DNA of 64,000 bases from Octopus sinensis (lineage: Eukaryota): NCBI RefSeq assembly GCF_006345805.1, contig NC_043015.1:52824001-52888000 (forward strand), written 5' to 3'. The position numbers were made by a program, and so were the translations under genes. The notes beneath the pieces were generated by a model. That model was not told where the DNA came from. It was given only the letters and a program-made list of their open reading frames with translations, and did no database searches. This document shows, one piece after another, positions 1 to 12,351 of this stretch (positions within the stretch are counted from its first letter, which is position 1; each line of letters begins with the position of its first letter).

Positions 1-49
1 AATATCAAAACGGCTTTAAAAGTAACACACACACACATATATATATATG

Positions 50-65
<16 letters not shown>

Positions 66-82
<17 letters not shown>

Positions 83-272
83 TTGTCCCCCTAGCATTGC
101 TTGACAACCGATGCTGGTGTGTTTACGTCCCCGTCACATAGCGGTTCGGCAAAAGAGACCAATAGATAAGTACTGGGCTTTCAAAGAACAAGTCCGGGGT
201 CGATTGATCGACTAAAGGCGGTGCTCCAGCATGGCCGCAGTCAAATGACTGAAACAAGTAAAAGAGTAAAGA
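66..272 (+). mobile_element. SINE family A, 3' half
   Basis: Body tgtttgtccccc...gcttgacaaccgatgctggtgtgtttacgtcccc...gcggtgctccagcatggccgcagtcaaatgactgaaacaagtaaaagag; the same body recurs many times in the window. Confidence 0.85.
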
Positions 273-3200
273 GAATATATATATATATATATATATGGGG
301 GGGTGTATATAAACGAAAACCTACATCCTACTTGTCAGACTTGAATAATTATTGCGTAGGGTAACCCACGAATAAACCACATTTACCCACTAATCGGTGT
401 TAAGCATTCAATCTCACTGTTCGATATCAACACACACACATATGGGTTTCTTTCAGTTTTTGCGTATCATATCCATTCGCAAGCCTTCGGTTAATCCACT
501 TGCCCAAGGTGCTATGAGGTGGGACCGAACCGTCTTAAGTATACTATATCACAGTTATTTCAACTGATACTAGCATTTTCATTACTAGTCTTATTATATA
601 TAATGAACAGAGTATAATAATAATAATAATGCATAAGTTTCTTTAATACTAGTTAATGTATTATTTCTTAAACAGCCAAGTGTTTGTATCATTAATATTT
701 CTTTCAGATTAAAAAAATTTTAAAGTACCGCTACGAATTAAAAATTTTTATTTATTGGAAACTTTAATTAGTTTCCCCTTGTTTTATTTTATATTTACAC
801 ATTGTAAATATCAAAACGGCTTTAAAAGTAACACACACCACACATATATATATATATATATTTCAAAAATTTGAAATGAATTCAAAATACAAAAAGGTGA
901 ATATGAAACAAGCCTTAGACCATATTCAGGAGGACACCAAAAGGTAATCGATGTGTTTTAATATAGATATATATGTGTGTGTGTGTGTGTGAGTACATTA
1001 TAGATAGATTATGGGTGATCGAACATGTGAAAAAAGACTTCAGAAACTGTTAAAAGGAAAATATATATATATTAGGTACATATGCACACGGGCACACACA
1101 CACGCGGATGTCCAAATACACCTATTACACGTGTATATATATATATATGTGTGTGTATGTATAACACACACGTATGTACGTCCACTCACGAACGTAGGCA
1201 ACCCTACTTTAGTTACAGGTATACACCACACACTTCAATAAATAAGTTTATTATTTTGGATCTAACCATTCTCTATTGTATTTGGCCATGTTGATCCACA
1301 TACCTACAACACACATACACACAAACAGCTCAAGAATTAAGGGACCTACACATCTGGCGAATTCTTTTAATTCATTGCATACACACAACGAATGCATCAT
1401 ATCTTTTTGCCCATTACTTTATAATTAAAATACATGTCTGATTTTATACACACACACGCACACACATATACCTTAGTACATCAATATTTCTTTATATAAA
1501 TGATCCACAAAGATTATACACTCACAGATTATATATATACATCTGCATATATAGTTGGTGGTACGAAACAGAACATGCATTTTTATGGCGCGCGCACACA
1601 GACACACGAGCAGCAGATATTATAGCATTCATGTTAGTCTTGAAATTTGGAATGGCTTAAAATGAAAAATCCGAAATACAGCATAGGGCATTATCATACT
1701 TTAAACTTCAAAAATAGCATGAGATATTGTGAGTGGTATTTCATATTGGATGTCCTCCCCATTACGGCCTTAAAGTCCTATCTGATCCATTAAATCTGTC
1801 GGATGTATCACATTATATATATATATATAGAGAGAGAGAAAGTTTTATTATAAAAATAATTTGAGATTAAACGGAGGGAATATTCAGTGCTTATTTTTAA
1901 TATTGTTTTACAATAAGTGTGTTGATAGAGACTTCGAACTTTCGGCCAGTCCGAAAGTTAAGTCACCATTCTTCTTGTAAAAGTGTGTGTATGTAGGCAT
2001 GTTTACAGATGTGTTGTTTTTTTTTTTGTAGATTAGTCCCCTAATAGCTGGGGTTTCACTTTTTATTAATTAGTGTAATTATCTTAGTTTTCTTTTCTTC
2101 TTTTTTCTCTTGTCATTTAAGACTTTCATCTTCGTTAATTGATCTTTCTAAGGTTAATACCCAGCAATTTCAATTAAGGACTGCAAAAGTAAGGACGCCC
2201 TTAGGTAAAATTACAGATTAACACTTATATCGTAATATCCTAAAATGAACAGTGTTTAGTAAAAATTAACAAAAGAATGCCTCTGTACATCTAACCACAA
2301 ACAAATACCATTTATATATATGTGACGGGCTTCCATACAGTTTTTTTATAACCAGATTCACTCAAAGGTAATGGTCGGTGTTAAGCTTTTAGTAAAAGAC
2401 GTACCCAAGTAGGTGTACAGTGGGAATGAACTCGAAACCACGTGGCTGAAACACGCAGCTATGTCCTTCACTCCCGCTTGGGTGTAACGTGCCTGTGTTT
2501 GCATATTGAGTAATATAGCGTGTGAATTATGTCATGGACATATATAATAGATTACAGGTTGATAAAGTTTGTGTGGATAGATAGATAGATAGCAAAGTTG
2601 AAATATAAATAGAAGGAAACAAAAATAATATTTAAATATCAAGCATGGACAACCTTTTTTGAGAAGCGGGCCGCACTACAATAGTTAAGGTAATTTTTCG
2701 TTTAGCCGTGCCATTCGGAAAGAGATAGATTTTCCCACGAATGCCATAAACGAAGAATTAAAAGAAACAATATTTAACAAAATCTTAAAAAGAAAATGTT
2801 ATGGAAGAACCGATTGGAGACAGGACTATTGTAAAAAAAAAACGTGTTAATAATTCCAAATAAATGTCTCTATTTAACTAAGAGACGAACTAAAGTGGTA
2901 CGCCTCGCATCGACTATAGAAAGTGCAACCAATTATCCCTCAAATCACAGGACACATTTAAGATATTGTAATGTTGCAAGTCATGTATAGATTTTTGTCT
3001 GGAAACAGACGGATTGGTCACGCTTGGAATGCTTTTTAGTCGCTAACATGTGTCTATTTGGTTAATCAGTGCTGAGATGATAGGGGTAGGCGGAATAAAC
3101 AAACAACAGTCATAAATTAAGACATGAAACCACCTGAGAGACTGGTAAATTTAATTAATTTTGTAATTAAAAGAGGATTAATTACTTACGGCATTTTCAT

Positions 3201-5091
3201 AATGTAAAAAATAAATACCCCAGTTGTGTATATAGTTGGATCTGTTTTTGGTTTATTATTATTTTTTTTTTTTTTCCTTTGAAATAGTAGTTTAAAATTA
3301 CATATAAAATATATTTCCTTTCGTGTGTAGAAGTCCGATGGCTAAGAAGGAGAGAAAAAACACGGGAGAGAAAGACTGCGTGGAAAATGAATGAGTGAGT
3401 GTTTATGAGGAGAAAGAAAGGAAGCAAAGGGATGAGAAGAGTAACTATAAAAGCTTTATGGTGACTGAGAAAGAAAATGAAAGAGAAATAAAAAGGAAAA
3501 GTTTATTTATTATTATTTTCTTCATTTCATATGCTCTTACAATCGACCACATGCAACGTATAAGAGAGAGAGAGAGAAGGGTTTCAATTGAATGGCTGTA
3601 GGTGTGTGAATGTATAAATACATAAATATTACACGAGGACCTTAATGTATTTGTATTTAGTTTCCAGACCCCTCTCACACACACACACACACACACACAC
3701 AACCTGATGGTATTTTCCCTACGGATTAATATTGGTTTCAAATTTTGGCACAAGGCCAGCAGTTTCTGGGAAGGTGTAAGACGATTACATCGACCCCCCA
3801 CCTCCATCCCGTCCCCCTCAATGCTCATCTAGAACTTATTCTATCGACCCCGAAAGGATGAAAGGCAAAGTCGACCTCGGCGGAATTTGAACTCAGAGCA
3901 TAAAGACGGACGAAATGCCGGTAAGCATTTTACCCGGCGTCCTGGCACCTCACCAACTTCGACTTTAGATATCCTGATAATTATCCAGAGATTTAAAGTT
4001 GTTGTTTAACCCCAGGTCAACCTACACTGAAGATACTTGCGATCGAAAGCACTTCTGTCATGAGGGCCCGGAGTCATTACTCTCAGATATTATAAACCCA
4101 AGCCTCCCTTATCTAATATGTTTGTCTTTTTTCAAAATAAAGAGGTCGCTGGGATTAACTTAAGCGATCGCCAAGGGTTGCACTCCACGATTTGGTACTT
4201 TTGATGCCTTAAGCAGAGTCCACTTTCTTACAAACATTTGGGGCACGTCTTCCGTTTGAGGAACCCATCTTCTCTTCCTCTCCCTCCCTCCTAACAATCA
4301 AGGAGGTCCTACAAAGGATCTTGGGCACAGCCTTCCTTCAGTGATGGCGCTACAATGTGAGCCGCACGGAGCAGCCCTAGAGTTTGCCGCCCCCATCCTT
4401 GGGCCCCATCCTTTACAGACATATACTGCAGGGCCCAAAAGTGCCGCCCGCACAAAAGCGTCGCAGGAGCAGAGAGCACCCTCTCCCAACCCACTCCGCC
4501 CCTCCCCATTCCTAGTTACGTTACTACCTTCCTCCTTGACTATAAGATTAGAAAAGATTTGACTGTTATTTCTAGCGGATCTAGGTACCGTCTCGAAGTC
4601 GATTCCCTTCATCGGTAACAGGTTCTGTGGAAGAGTTTCTATAGTCTCTAATAAGTGAAAATAGAGTGTGAGTGTGTACGTGTGTGTGTGTGAAACTACA
4701 GCAGTATATTATAGTTCTATAGTTTAAAGATATTGACTATTGATTTTTTCACGTCTGTAAGTCTGGTGTGCCAGTAAATGTAGGTGAGGGTACATGCGGT
4801 TCCATAAGAGTATGTGTCTTCAGATGCGAGTATATGTATGTGAGAGAGAGAGAGAAAGAGCACACACGCGTTTATCTGTATGAGAGACAGAGAGAGAAAG
4901 AGAGAGAGTTATTTACATGCAGATATATAAATGTGTATTAAATATATTTTATAAATATAATTACATATTTACAAATACATAAATGTATATTAAATATGTA
5001 ATTATACATATAGAAAAAATTTTACATTTGCATATCTAAAAATGTACATTTAATGGGTGTAAATAATTCTAATATATATATATATATATAG

Positions 5092-5487
5092 GCACAGGAG
5101 TGGCTGTGTGATAAGTAGCTTTGCTTACCAACCACATGGTTCCAGGTTCAGTCCCACTGAGTGGCACCTTGGACAAGTGTCTTCTATAGCGTCCGGCCGA
5201 CCAAAGCCTTTTGAGTGGATTTGGTAGACGGAAACTGAAAGAAGCCCGTCGTATATATGTATATATATGTGTGTGTTTGTGCGTCTGAGTTTGTCCCCCC
5301 ACAACATCACTTGACATGTGATGCTGGTGTGTTTATGTCCCTGTGACTTAGCGGTTTGGCAAAAGTAGACTGATAGAATAAGTACTAGGCTTACAAAGAA
5401 TAAGTCCTGGGGATTGACTAGCTTGACTAAAAGGTGGTGCTCCAGCATGGCTGTAGTCAAACGACTGAAACAAGTAAAAGAGTAAGA
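5092..5487 (+). mobile_element. SINE family A, full-length copy (tRNA-like head, internal microsatellite, body, (TAAAAGAG)-type tail)
   Basis: Head ggctgtgtg...ggttccaggttcagtccc (A/B-box-like), ggcaccttggacaagtgtctt, internal (TA)/(TG) tract, then the family A body. Other copies or fragments near 430, 2322, 5700, 8645, 9945-10460, 11500, 34300, 34510, 40330, 49150, 49365, 50605, 52598, 59247, 59995. Confidence 0.85.
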
Positions 5488-5796
5488 ATATACCATTGTT
5501 TTCTTTTTCCCTTTGTCATTGGGTTAAAGAACACTTCTCCATCCCTGTATGTGTCAAACAGAATTTGTTGAGGCAGATTTTCTACGGCTAGATGCCTTTC
5601 CTGTTGCCAAACCTCACCTGTATCCAAGCAAGGTAATATTTTCATTGCTTCTATGTTGGAGATGTTTGCTTGCAACAATCATGTGACATCATGATATGGG
5701 TGTTCACACACACACACACACAAACACATCTATGTGATGGACTTTTTTCTCAGTTTCCATCAACCAGATCCACTCTCAAGGTTTTGGTTAGCCTGT

Positions 5797-6055
5797 GGAG
5801 ACACGTGGCTTAGTGGTTAGGGTGTAGGACTCATGATTGTTAGATTGTGGTTTCAGTTCCTGGACCAGGCAATGTGTTGTGTTCTTGAGCAAGACACTTC
5901 ATTTCATGTTGCTCCTGTCCATTCAGCTGACAAAAAAGGAGTAAACCTGAGATGGAAGGGCATTCCTATCCAGGGGGAGAATTTATAAGCCATGAAACCA
6001 CAGAAACTGGCCTTATGAGTTGGTATGACTCGAGAACATAACTTTATTTACTTTG
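5797..6055 (+). mobile_element. tRNA-derived SINE family D inserted in a family A copy
   Basis: tRNA-like head gtggcttagtggttagggtg...gtggtttcagttcc followed by gtgttcttgagcaagacactt; a related copy lies at about 48465-48670. Confidence 0.65.
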
Positions 6056-6369
6056 GTTAGCCTGGAGCTTAAGTAGAAGACACTGACCCATGGTGCTGTG
6101 CACTGGGATTGAACCCAAAATGACATGGCTGGGAAGCAAGCTTCTTAGCCACACACCCACACCATGCATGCATGTGTGTGTGTGTGCTTACTTCTTACTG
6201 TTTGTGTTTGACCATTGAATCTAATGACAACCAGGTGAGTGAAGAGATCTTTTGGAAACACAAAATGCTAAAGGACTATGGTAGACTTAACAAGTTACCT
6301 GTATATGGTCCATGTTTTACAACCAACCATTCAGAAAAGTGGAAACACAGATTGTCCAGGAAAAAGGGA

Positions 6370-7410
6370 GCTAGGAGTGGGAGTGATTACTTAAAAAGGG
6401 TCTTTCTGAGCCTTCCTAAACAATACAGAAGCTTGTCTGGAACAGTTTAGGATTCCACCCTGTCTAGTAAGCAGTCATTGGAATTAATCCATTTATACAC
6501 CTGGTTGCATACGAAATGTTCAGTACTTATTCGACACCCGTAATACAGTTGCATACAGTCCTTCGCTTTGAGATTATGAAAGCTTACCATAATGTTTAAT
6601 CTAAATACAGTGAAATTTTTTATGGGCATATATGGGTTAAGGCTAACCATAATACATGAACAGGAAGAGTGGCAAGTTGTTGCTAGTTTTACTGCAAAGG
6701 TGGAGAAGAAAGAGCAGGATTGTGTAGTGTGCAATTTTCTGGATGTTAACAGTCAAGTCTAGTCTTTTTATAAGCTGTAACAGCTGCTGAAATGACAGCT
6801 CTTGTTATTTCTAGAGTATGAGCTACTTATGAGCTACTAGGATACCATCATTAATCAATATATTATAGTCTAATGATCTGTAATAGTTCAATGATCTATA
6901 ATTCAGATCTGAGCCTGATGATGACCTGCCAAGATTCTGAAGCTGAACTAGTTCCCATTGGGTTAAAAATTAACAGCAAATCCTACCAGCTTTTACATTC
7001 ATTTTTTTTCATAACAGTTTGGTCATACAAATGAAGAAGTTATTAAACAGTACAAGAGCCTGCATTTAGCCTTCCCTAAGGTTCACCTTTCTAGTCTATC
7101 ATAACTAGTACTATCATCCCAGTATGAAAATGAAGGAGGATAATTACAAACTTGAGTGAGACAGCAACCCTTTCTGAAAATATCGCTCAGAAATTCTCTT
7201 TTTACAGGGTCAAAAGTCTTTGGCAGATTTTCAAACACTGTGAATGAACCAGTCCTAATGTTGTTCTTTGAATTTCTCCTGAAGCTGTCCTGCACCAAAG
7301 GTCAGTCAAGTCAACTTGTTCCCTGAAGAAACACCACTAACTCCGATACATTTTCTTACGTTAAGTGACCCTGTCTTTTAAGCATTGCTGTTACTGTTTT
7401 TCCCAACTCC
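6370..7410 (-). pseudogene. Degenerate RTE-clade LINE reverse transcriptase fragment
   Basis: Manual minus-strand translation across stops and frameshifts gives GKTVTAMLKRQ...LTFGAGQLQEKFKEQH*DWFI / VFENLPKTFDPVKREFLSDIFRK ... ALVLFNNFFICMTKLL ... NGN*FSFR ... QLYYGC. This follows the RTE RT pattern IFxxRQLQEKxxEQ-FIDLxKAFDxVxRE-LFN-DGNLF-LLYGCE. Confidence 0.75.
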
Positions 7411-7829
7411 ATTTTTTTAGTACTTTTTACTGATTAGTCAGGGAAGGAAGGTCAACAACTGAAAACATTTAGGGCTTTTCGAGACTGGTAGAAGTGAGGT
7501 GAGGGTGGGAAGCGAGGAAGCTATCCTTAACCTGAAGGTCTAGCCCCAGTATGTTTGAGAAGAAATATGGTAACTAATGGGTTAATTATTTGCCTAGTTT
7601 AATGCTACCACCTCATACCTTGGTATCATTAGAAGAATTCAATCTCTCTCAGGTATTTGGGCCAGATCTTAAGTTTTCTGTAAGCATTTGGGCCAGAGAT
7701 CTTCAGCAAAGAGGCAGCAACAGTAAGTGCTGTACAGTATTTTGCCTTGCATCATACCAACTCAGCCAATTTGCCATGGATGGAAAAATAAAACATAATG
7801 TTATCAATATTTTTGTCATATTAAGGCAG

Positions 7830-8075
7830 TGAGCTGGCAGAATCGTTAGCACGTCGGACGAAGTGCTTAGCTGTATTTCGTCTGTCATTACGTTCTGAGT
7901 TCAAATTCCGCCGAGGTCAACTTTGCCTTTCATCCTTTCGGGATCAATTAAATAAGTACCAGTTACACACTGGGGTTGATGTTATCTACTTAAATCCCTT
8001 TGCCTGTCCTTGTTTGTTCCCTCTATGTTTAGCTCCACCCCCACCCTGTGGGCAATAAAGAAATAAATATTTTTG
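7830..8075 (+). mobile_element. SINE family B, near full-length
   Basis: gagctggcagaatcgttagc...gttcaaattccgccgaggtcaactttgcctttcatcctttcggg...aataagtaccagtta...; many copies (3730, 14270, 16540, 31140, 33630, 36400, 43850, 44375, 48795, 51175 and others). Confidence 0.85.
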
Positions 8076-8361
8076 TCATATTAAAAGGACCAGACTCTGC
8101 TGGCTATGAGGGTTCAAATACACCTGAGGACAGTGTTACCTATTATCTTTCTATTTCTTTTTTTTTGTGTGGTGGTGGTGGAGTTTGGGGCGTTGATTAA
8201 CTTATGTTGCCGTTTAGCTCAGTGGATTAGCAACACAGACAGAACTTCAGACAGAAGCTTATCTTACTGTATTATACACACACACAAATACACACACATA
8301 TACACACTGGAGTTTATGGTATTTCGTTGAGTATGTGTGTGAATATCTCTCTCCCTCCCTG

Positions 8362-8397
<36 letters not shown>

Positions 8398-8430
8398 ACA
8401 CACACACACACATATGCTATGGTATTTTGT

Positions 8431-8464
<34 letters not shown>

Positions 8465-9269
8465 CACACACACATACATAATGCTTGACAGTATTTGGTG
8501 TCAGTGATTTTAAAACACCTGCAATCAGTAATTCTTCACATATAATTACATAATTCAAAGGTCATTGAACTTGCTAATTCTATACATACATTACCTGTAC
8601 GTAAACATATTGCTTTATAACAATTTACAAATACAAATTTTTACAACGTGGCTGTGTGGTAAGAAACTTGCATTCCAGCAACCTTCTTACCACACACGGC
8701 TTCAGTTCAGTCACACTGCATGGCACCTTGACAAGTGTCTTCTACTAAAGCCTCGGGCCGATCAAAGAATTGTCAGTGGATTTGGTAGACGGAAACTGAA
8801 AGAAGCCTGTCATATACATACATATATGTATTTATATATTTTATTCTTTTATTTGTTTCAGTCATCTGACTGTGGCCATGCTGGAGCATTACCTCATGCT
8901 TATGAGCCCCATACTTTTGTGTGTGTGCGTGCACACGCGTGTGTGTGCGTGCACACGCGTGTGTGTGCGTGCACACGCGTGTGTGTGTGTGTGTTGGCCT
9001 TGTGATGGCTAGAACCAAGCATTGTTTCCAGTCTTCCTGGAAAAACATGTCTGACTATGGGGGAATATTGGTTTGCTTGGAAGCAGATGAGGGTTGAGGA
9101 CAGAAAGAGCATCCAGTCAGAGAAAATCTAACTCAAGGAACTCGACAACCATTCCTTGGGAAGGAAACATTCTGAGTTCAAAACCAAATGCTTAAAAAAA
9201 AAAAAGAGAAATAAACACAAATCCATCCACCCATTAATAATCATTATTATCATCATCGTTTTAATGTCC

Positions 9270-9820
9270 ATGCCAGGGCCGCCTGAATGGCTCCTGTGCC
9301 AGCAGCACATAAAAAGCACCATCCACACATGGCCAATGCTAGTGCCTCCTGACTGGCTCCCGTGCCGGTGGCACATAAAAAGCCCCATCTCAACATGGCC
9401 AATGCCTGTGCCTCTGGACTGGCTCCCGTGTCGGTGGCATGTAAAAGGCACCATCTGAACGTGATTGATGCCAGGCCTGCCTGACCTGCTCCTGTGCTGA
9501 TAGTATGCAAAAAGCACCATCCGAACATGGCCAATGCCAGTGCCTCCTGACTGGTTCCCCTGCCGGTGGCATGTAAAATGCACCATCCAAACGTGATCGA
9601 TGCCAGGCCTGCCTGACTGGCTCCTGTGCTGGTGGCATGCAAAAAGCACCCACTACATTCTCAGGGTTGTTGGCGTTAGGAAGGGCATCCAGCTGTAGAG
9701 ACATTGCCAGATCAGATTGGAGCCTGGTGCAGCCACTGGCTCTCCAGACCTCAATCAAACCATCTAACCCATGCCAGCATGGAAAACGGACGTTAAACGA
9801 TGTTGATGATGATGATGATG
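9270..9820 (+). mobile_element. (GAT)n-tailed non-LTR retroelement (family E) with internal 66-bp VNTR
   Basis: Five full 66-bp units plus a partial unit, then a unique 3' region ttggcgttaggaagggcatccagctgtag...ggaaaacggacgttaaacg and a (GAT)n tail. Confidence 0.8.
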
Positions 9821-10870
9821 ACTTTTCCAACAGTACAACAGCATACCCATATACCCACACTTCCAGTAGTACCCCATGTAAGAAAGGGTACTTTTACACG
9901 CTATTTCCTAAATCAATTGCATATTTTCCTCACTTAAATACTGGCATGGCTGTGTGGTTAAGTTTGCTTTCAAATCACAGGATTTCCAGTGCAGTCTCAC
10001 TGTGTGGCATCTGTAGCCCCAGGCTAACCAAAACCTTGTGGGTGGATTTTGTACATAGAAATTGAAAGAAGTTTATCGTGGCTGTGTGGTAAGAAGCCTA
10101 CTTCCCAACCATATGGTTCTGGGTTCCGTCCCACTGTGTGGCACCTTGGGCAAGACTCTTCAACAATAGGCCTGGGCCAACCAAAGCCTTGTGAGTGGAT
10201 TTGGTAGAGGGAAACTGAAAGAAGCTATAGTAGAAGACCCCTGTCGAAGGTGCCACGCAGTGGGACTGAACCCGGAACCATGTGGTTCGTAAGCAAGCTA
10301 CTTACCACACAGCCACTCCTACGCATATATATATGGCAGGTTTCTTTTGGTTTCCGTTTACCAAGCCCCCTTATAAGGTTTTGGTCAGCCCAAGGCGATA
10401 GAAGAAAGCACTCGTCCAAAATTCCACAGAGTGGAACTGAATCCGGAACTATATGGTTGAGGAGTAAACTTTTTATTTTCAAAGAATATTTTTATACAAA
10501 AAAGTGCATCTTTCACGCCAATGATAATGGTGGTGGTAAGGAGGATGATCATAATGAGGTGCTGTAGGTGAGCATAAAATGGAGGTGACAAAGGTGAAAG
10601 CAACATGTAGGTTGACAAGGTGGCATGAATATGTGGATGGGTGAAATTTGAAGGTGGGAGGAAAAAAACAAAGCATAACTTCATTTTGGTATTTGGTTTG
10701 CAAGATATTTGATGTGAACTCATGTGTTGAAACATATTTGGTTGTATATTGGGAAGGTCATAATACCAATAATAAAACACTCACATACACTGATACTATT
10801 ACACTTCTTTGTTATCTAATTTTTTCAAGGTAGTGCCTCAGCATGGCCACAGTCTGTCTGAGAATTACAT

Positions 10871-10901
<31 letters not shown>

Positions 10902-11337
10902 TTTCTTTTATCTTTCAATCATTGGATTGTAGCCATGCTGAAACACCATCTAAGAGGGTTTAGATGAACAAACTGACCCCAGTAATTTTTTTTTTTTTAA
11001 GGTTGCCACTCATTTTATTGGTTTGTTTTGCTGAACAGCTAAGTCACAGGGAGGTAAAAAAAAGCAACACTAGTTATCAAGCACATACACACACACACAC
11101 AAGAGTAAACAAGAGAGACAGGCAGAAACAAGGAAAATGCCCGTTGTATTTGAATATAATGCAAATATTCTTTTAAAAAAGCTTTCCATTTACTTTTCCC
11201 AAAATCTAATTATTTTCCATACTCACAGTTGAAAAAGTCTCAATGACTGAAGCTGGTACTGAAATGTTTTTCATAAAATTATTTTAGCATTTTCTACCTT
11301 GACTTTTTTTTCCATATATACATATATGTATATAGGG

Positions 11338-11490
11338 AGAATTCACAAAAAAAACAAAAGACAAAGACAGGTAGTGTAGACAACAAACAGATGTATTAGT
11401 TTAACACTCAGGAAGTGGAAATGTCTTTAACGTTTCGAGCCTACACTTTTCCACAGAAAGAAACAAGGAGAGAAAATAAAGAATGTGTAG
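11338..11490 (-). mobile_element. Penelope-like pLTR fragment with variant hammerhead motif (11424-11461)
   Basis: Minus strand tcttt-CTGTGGA-aaagtgtaggctc-GAAACGTT-aaaga; helix I tcttt/aaaga is intact, core and helix II are degenerate. Confidence 0.5.
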
Positions 11491-11856
11491 TCTATCCACG
11501 ATAGGCTTCTTTTAGTTCCCATCTCCCAAATCCACTAACAAGGCTTTGGAATGAACCCGGAACCATGTGGTTGAGAAGCAAACTTTTTACCACACAGTCA
11601 CACCTATGCCTTTATATGGTCATCATTCAACATTCACCTTTCCGTACATCCATATATTTGTATCTGTATAACAAGAGGCTGTCATAGAAGACACTTGTGC
11701 AAGGTGCCATTCAAGCCTGGGCCCCAACCCACGGAGTCAGGAAGCAAACTTCTTGAAGCCGTGGCAAAAGACATTTGTACAACACGCCATGCACTGAAGA
11801 CAGTTTGAGTAGTTTCTTTTGGATGATTCTCAAATCCAGAATTATGAACAATCGCA

Positions 11857-12351
11857 GACATGGTCGATAACAGTACCGCATGATTGGCACTTGTGCCAGT
11901 GGAACGTTAAAAGCACATCCGAATGTGAACGTTGCCAAGGCCACAGAACAGATTGGCTCCTGTTCTGGTGGCATGTAAAAAAGCACCATTCTAGCGCGAT
12001 CATTGCCAGCATCACCCTACAGGCACATGTGCCAGTGGCACGTGAAAAACAACATTTGAGCGTGGTCGTTGCCAGTGCTACCAGACTGGCTCCCATACAG
12101 GTAACACGTAAAAAATGCCTTTTGAGTGTAGTCATTGCCAGAACCACCTGACTGGCCCACATGCCGGTGGCACGTAAAAGCACCCACTATACTCTCAGAG
12201 TGGTTGGTGTTAGGAAGGGCATCCAGTTGTAGAAACATTGCCAGATCAGATTGAGCCTGGTGCAGTCTTCTGGCTCACCAGTCCTCAGTCAAACCATCCA
12301 ACCCATGCCAGCATGAAAAGCTGACATTAAAAAACAATGATAATGATGATG
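11857..12351 (+). mobile_element. Family E retroelement copy with diverged VNTR
   Basis: Same 3' region (ggttggtgttaggaagggcatccagttgtag...) and GAT-like tail as 9270-9820; about 5 more diverged repeat units. Confidence 0.75.

Noticed and set aside
1936-1965. 9-bp hairpin aactttcgg-ccagt-ccgaaagtt near a TTCGAA palindrome
   Set aside because: No CUGANGA core could be placed; too weak to call a ribozyme or terminator.
5092-5170. tRNA genes at SINE heads
   Set aside because: The heads have A/B-box-like motifs but no full cloverleaf, and run directly into SINE bodies.
9270-9650. CRISPR-like appearance of regularly spaced hairpin repeats
   Set aside because: Whole 66-bp units are homologous, there are no unique spacers or cas genes, and the context is a eukaryotic retroelement.
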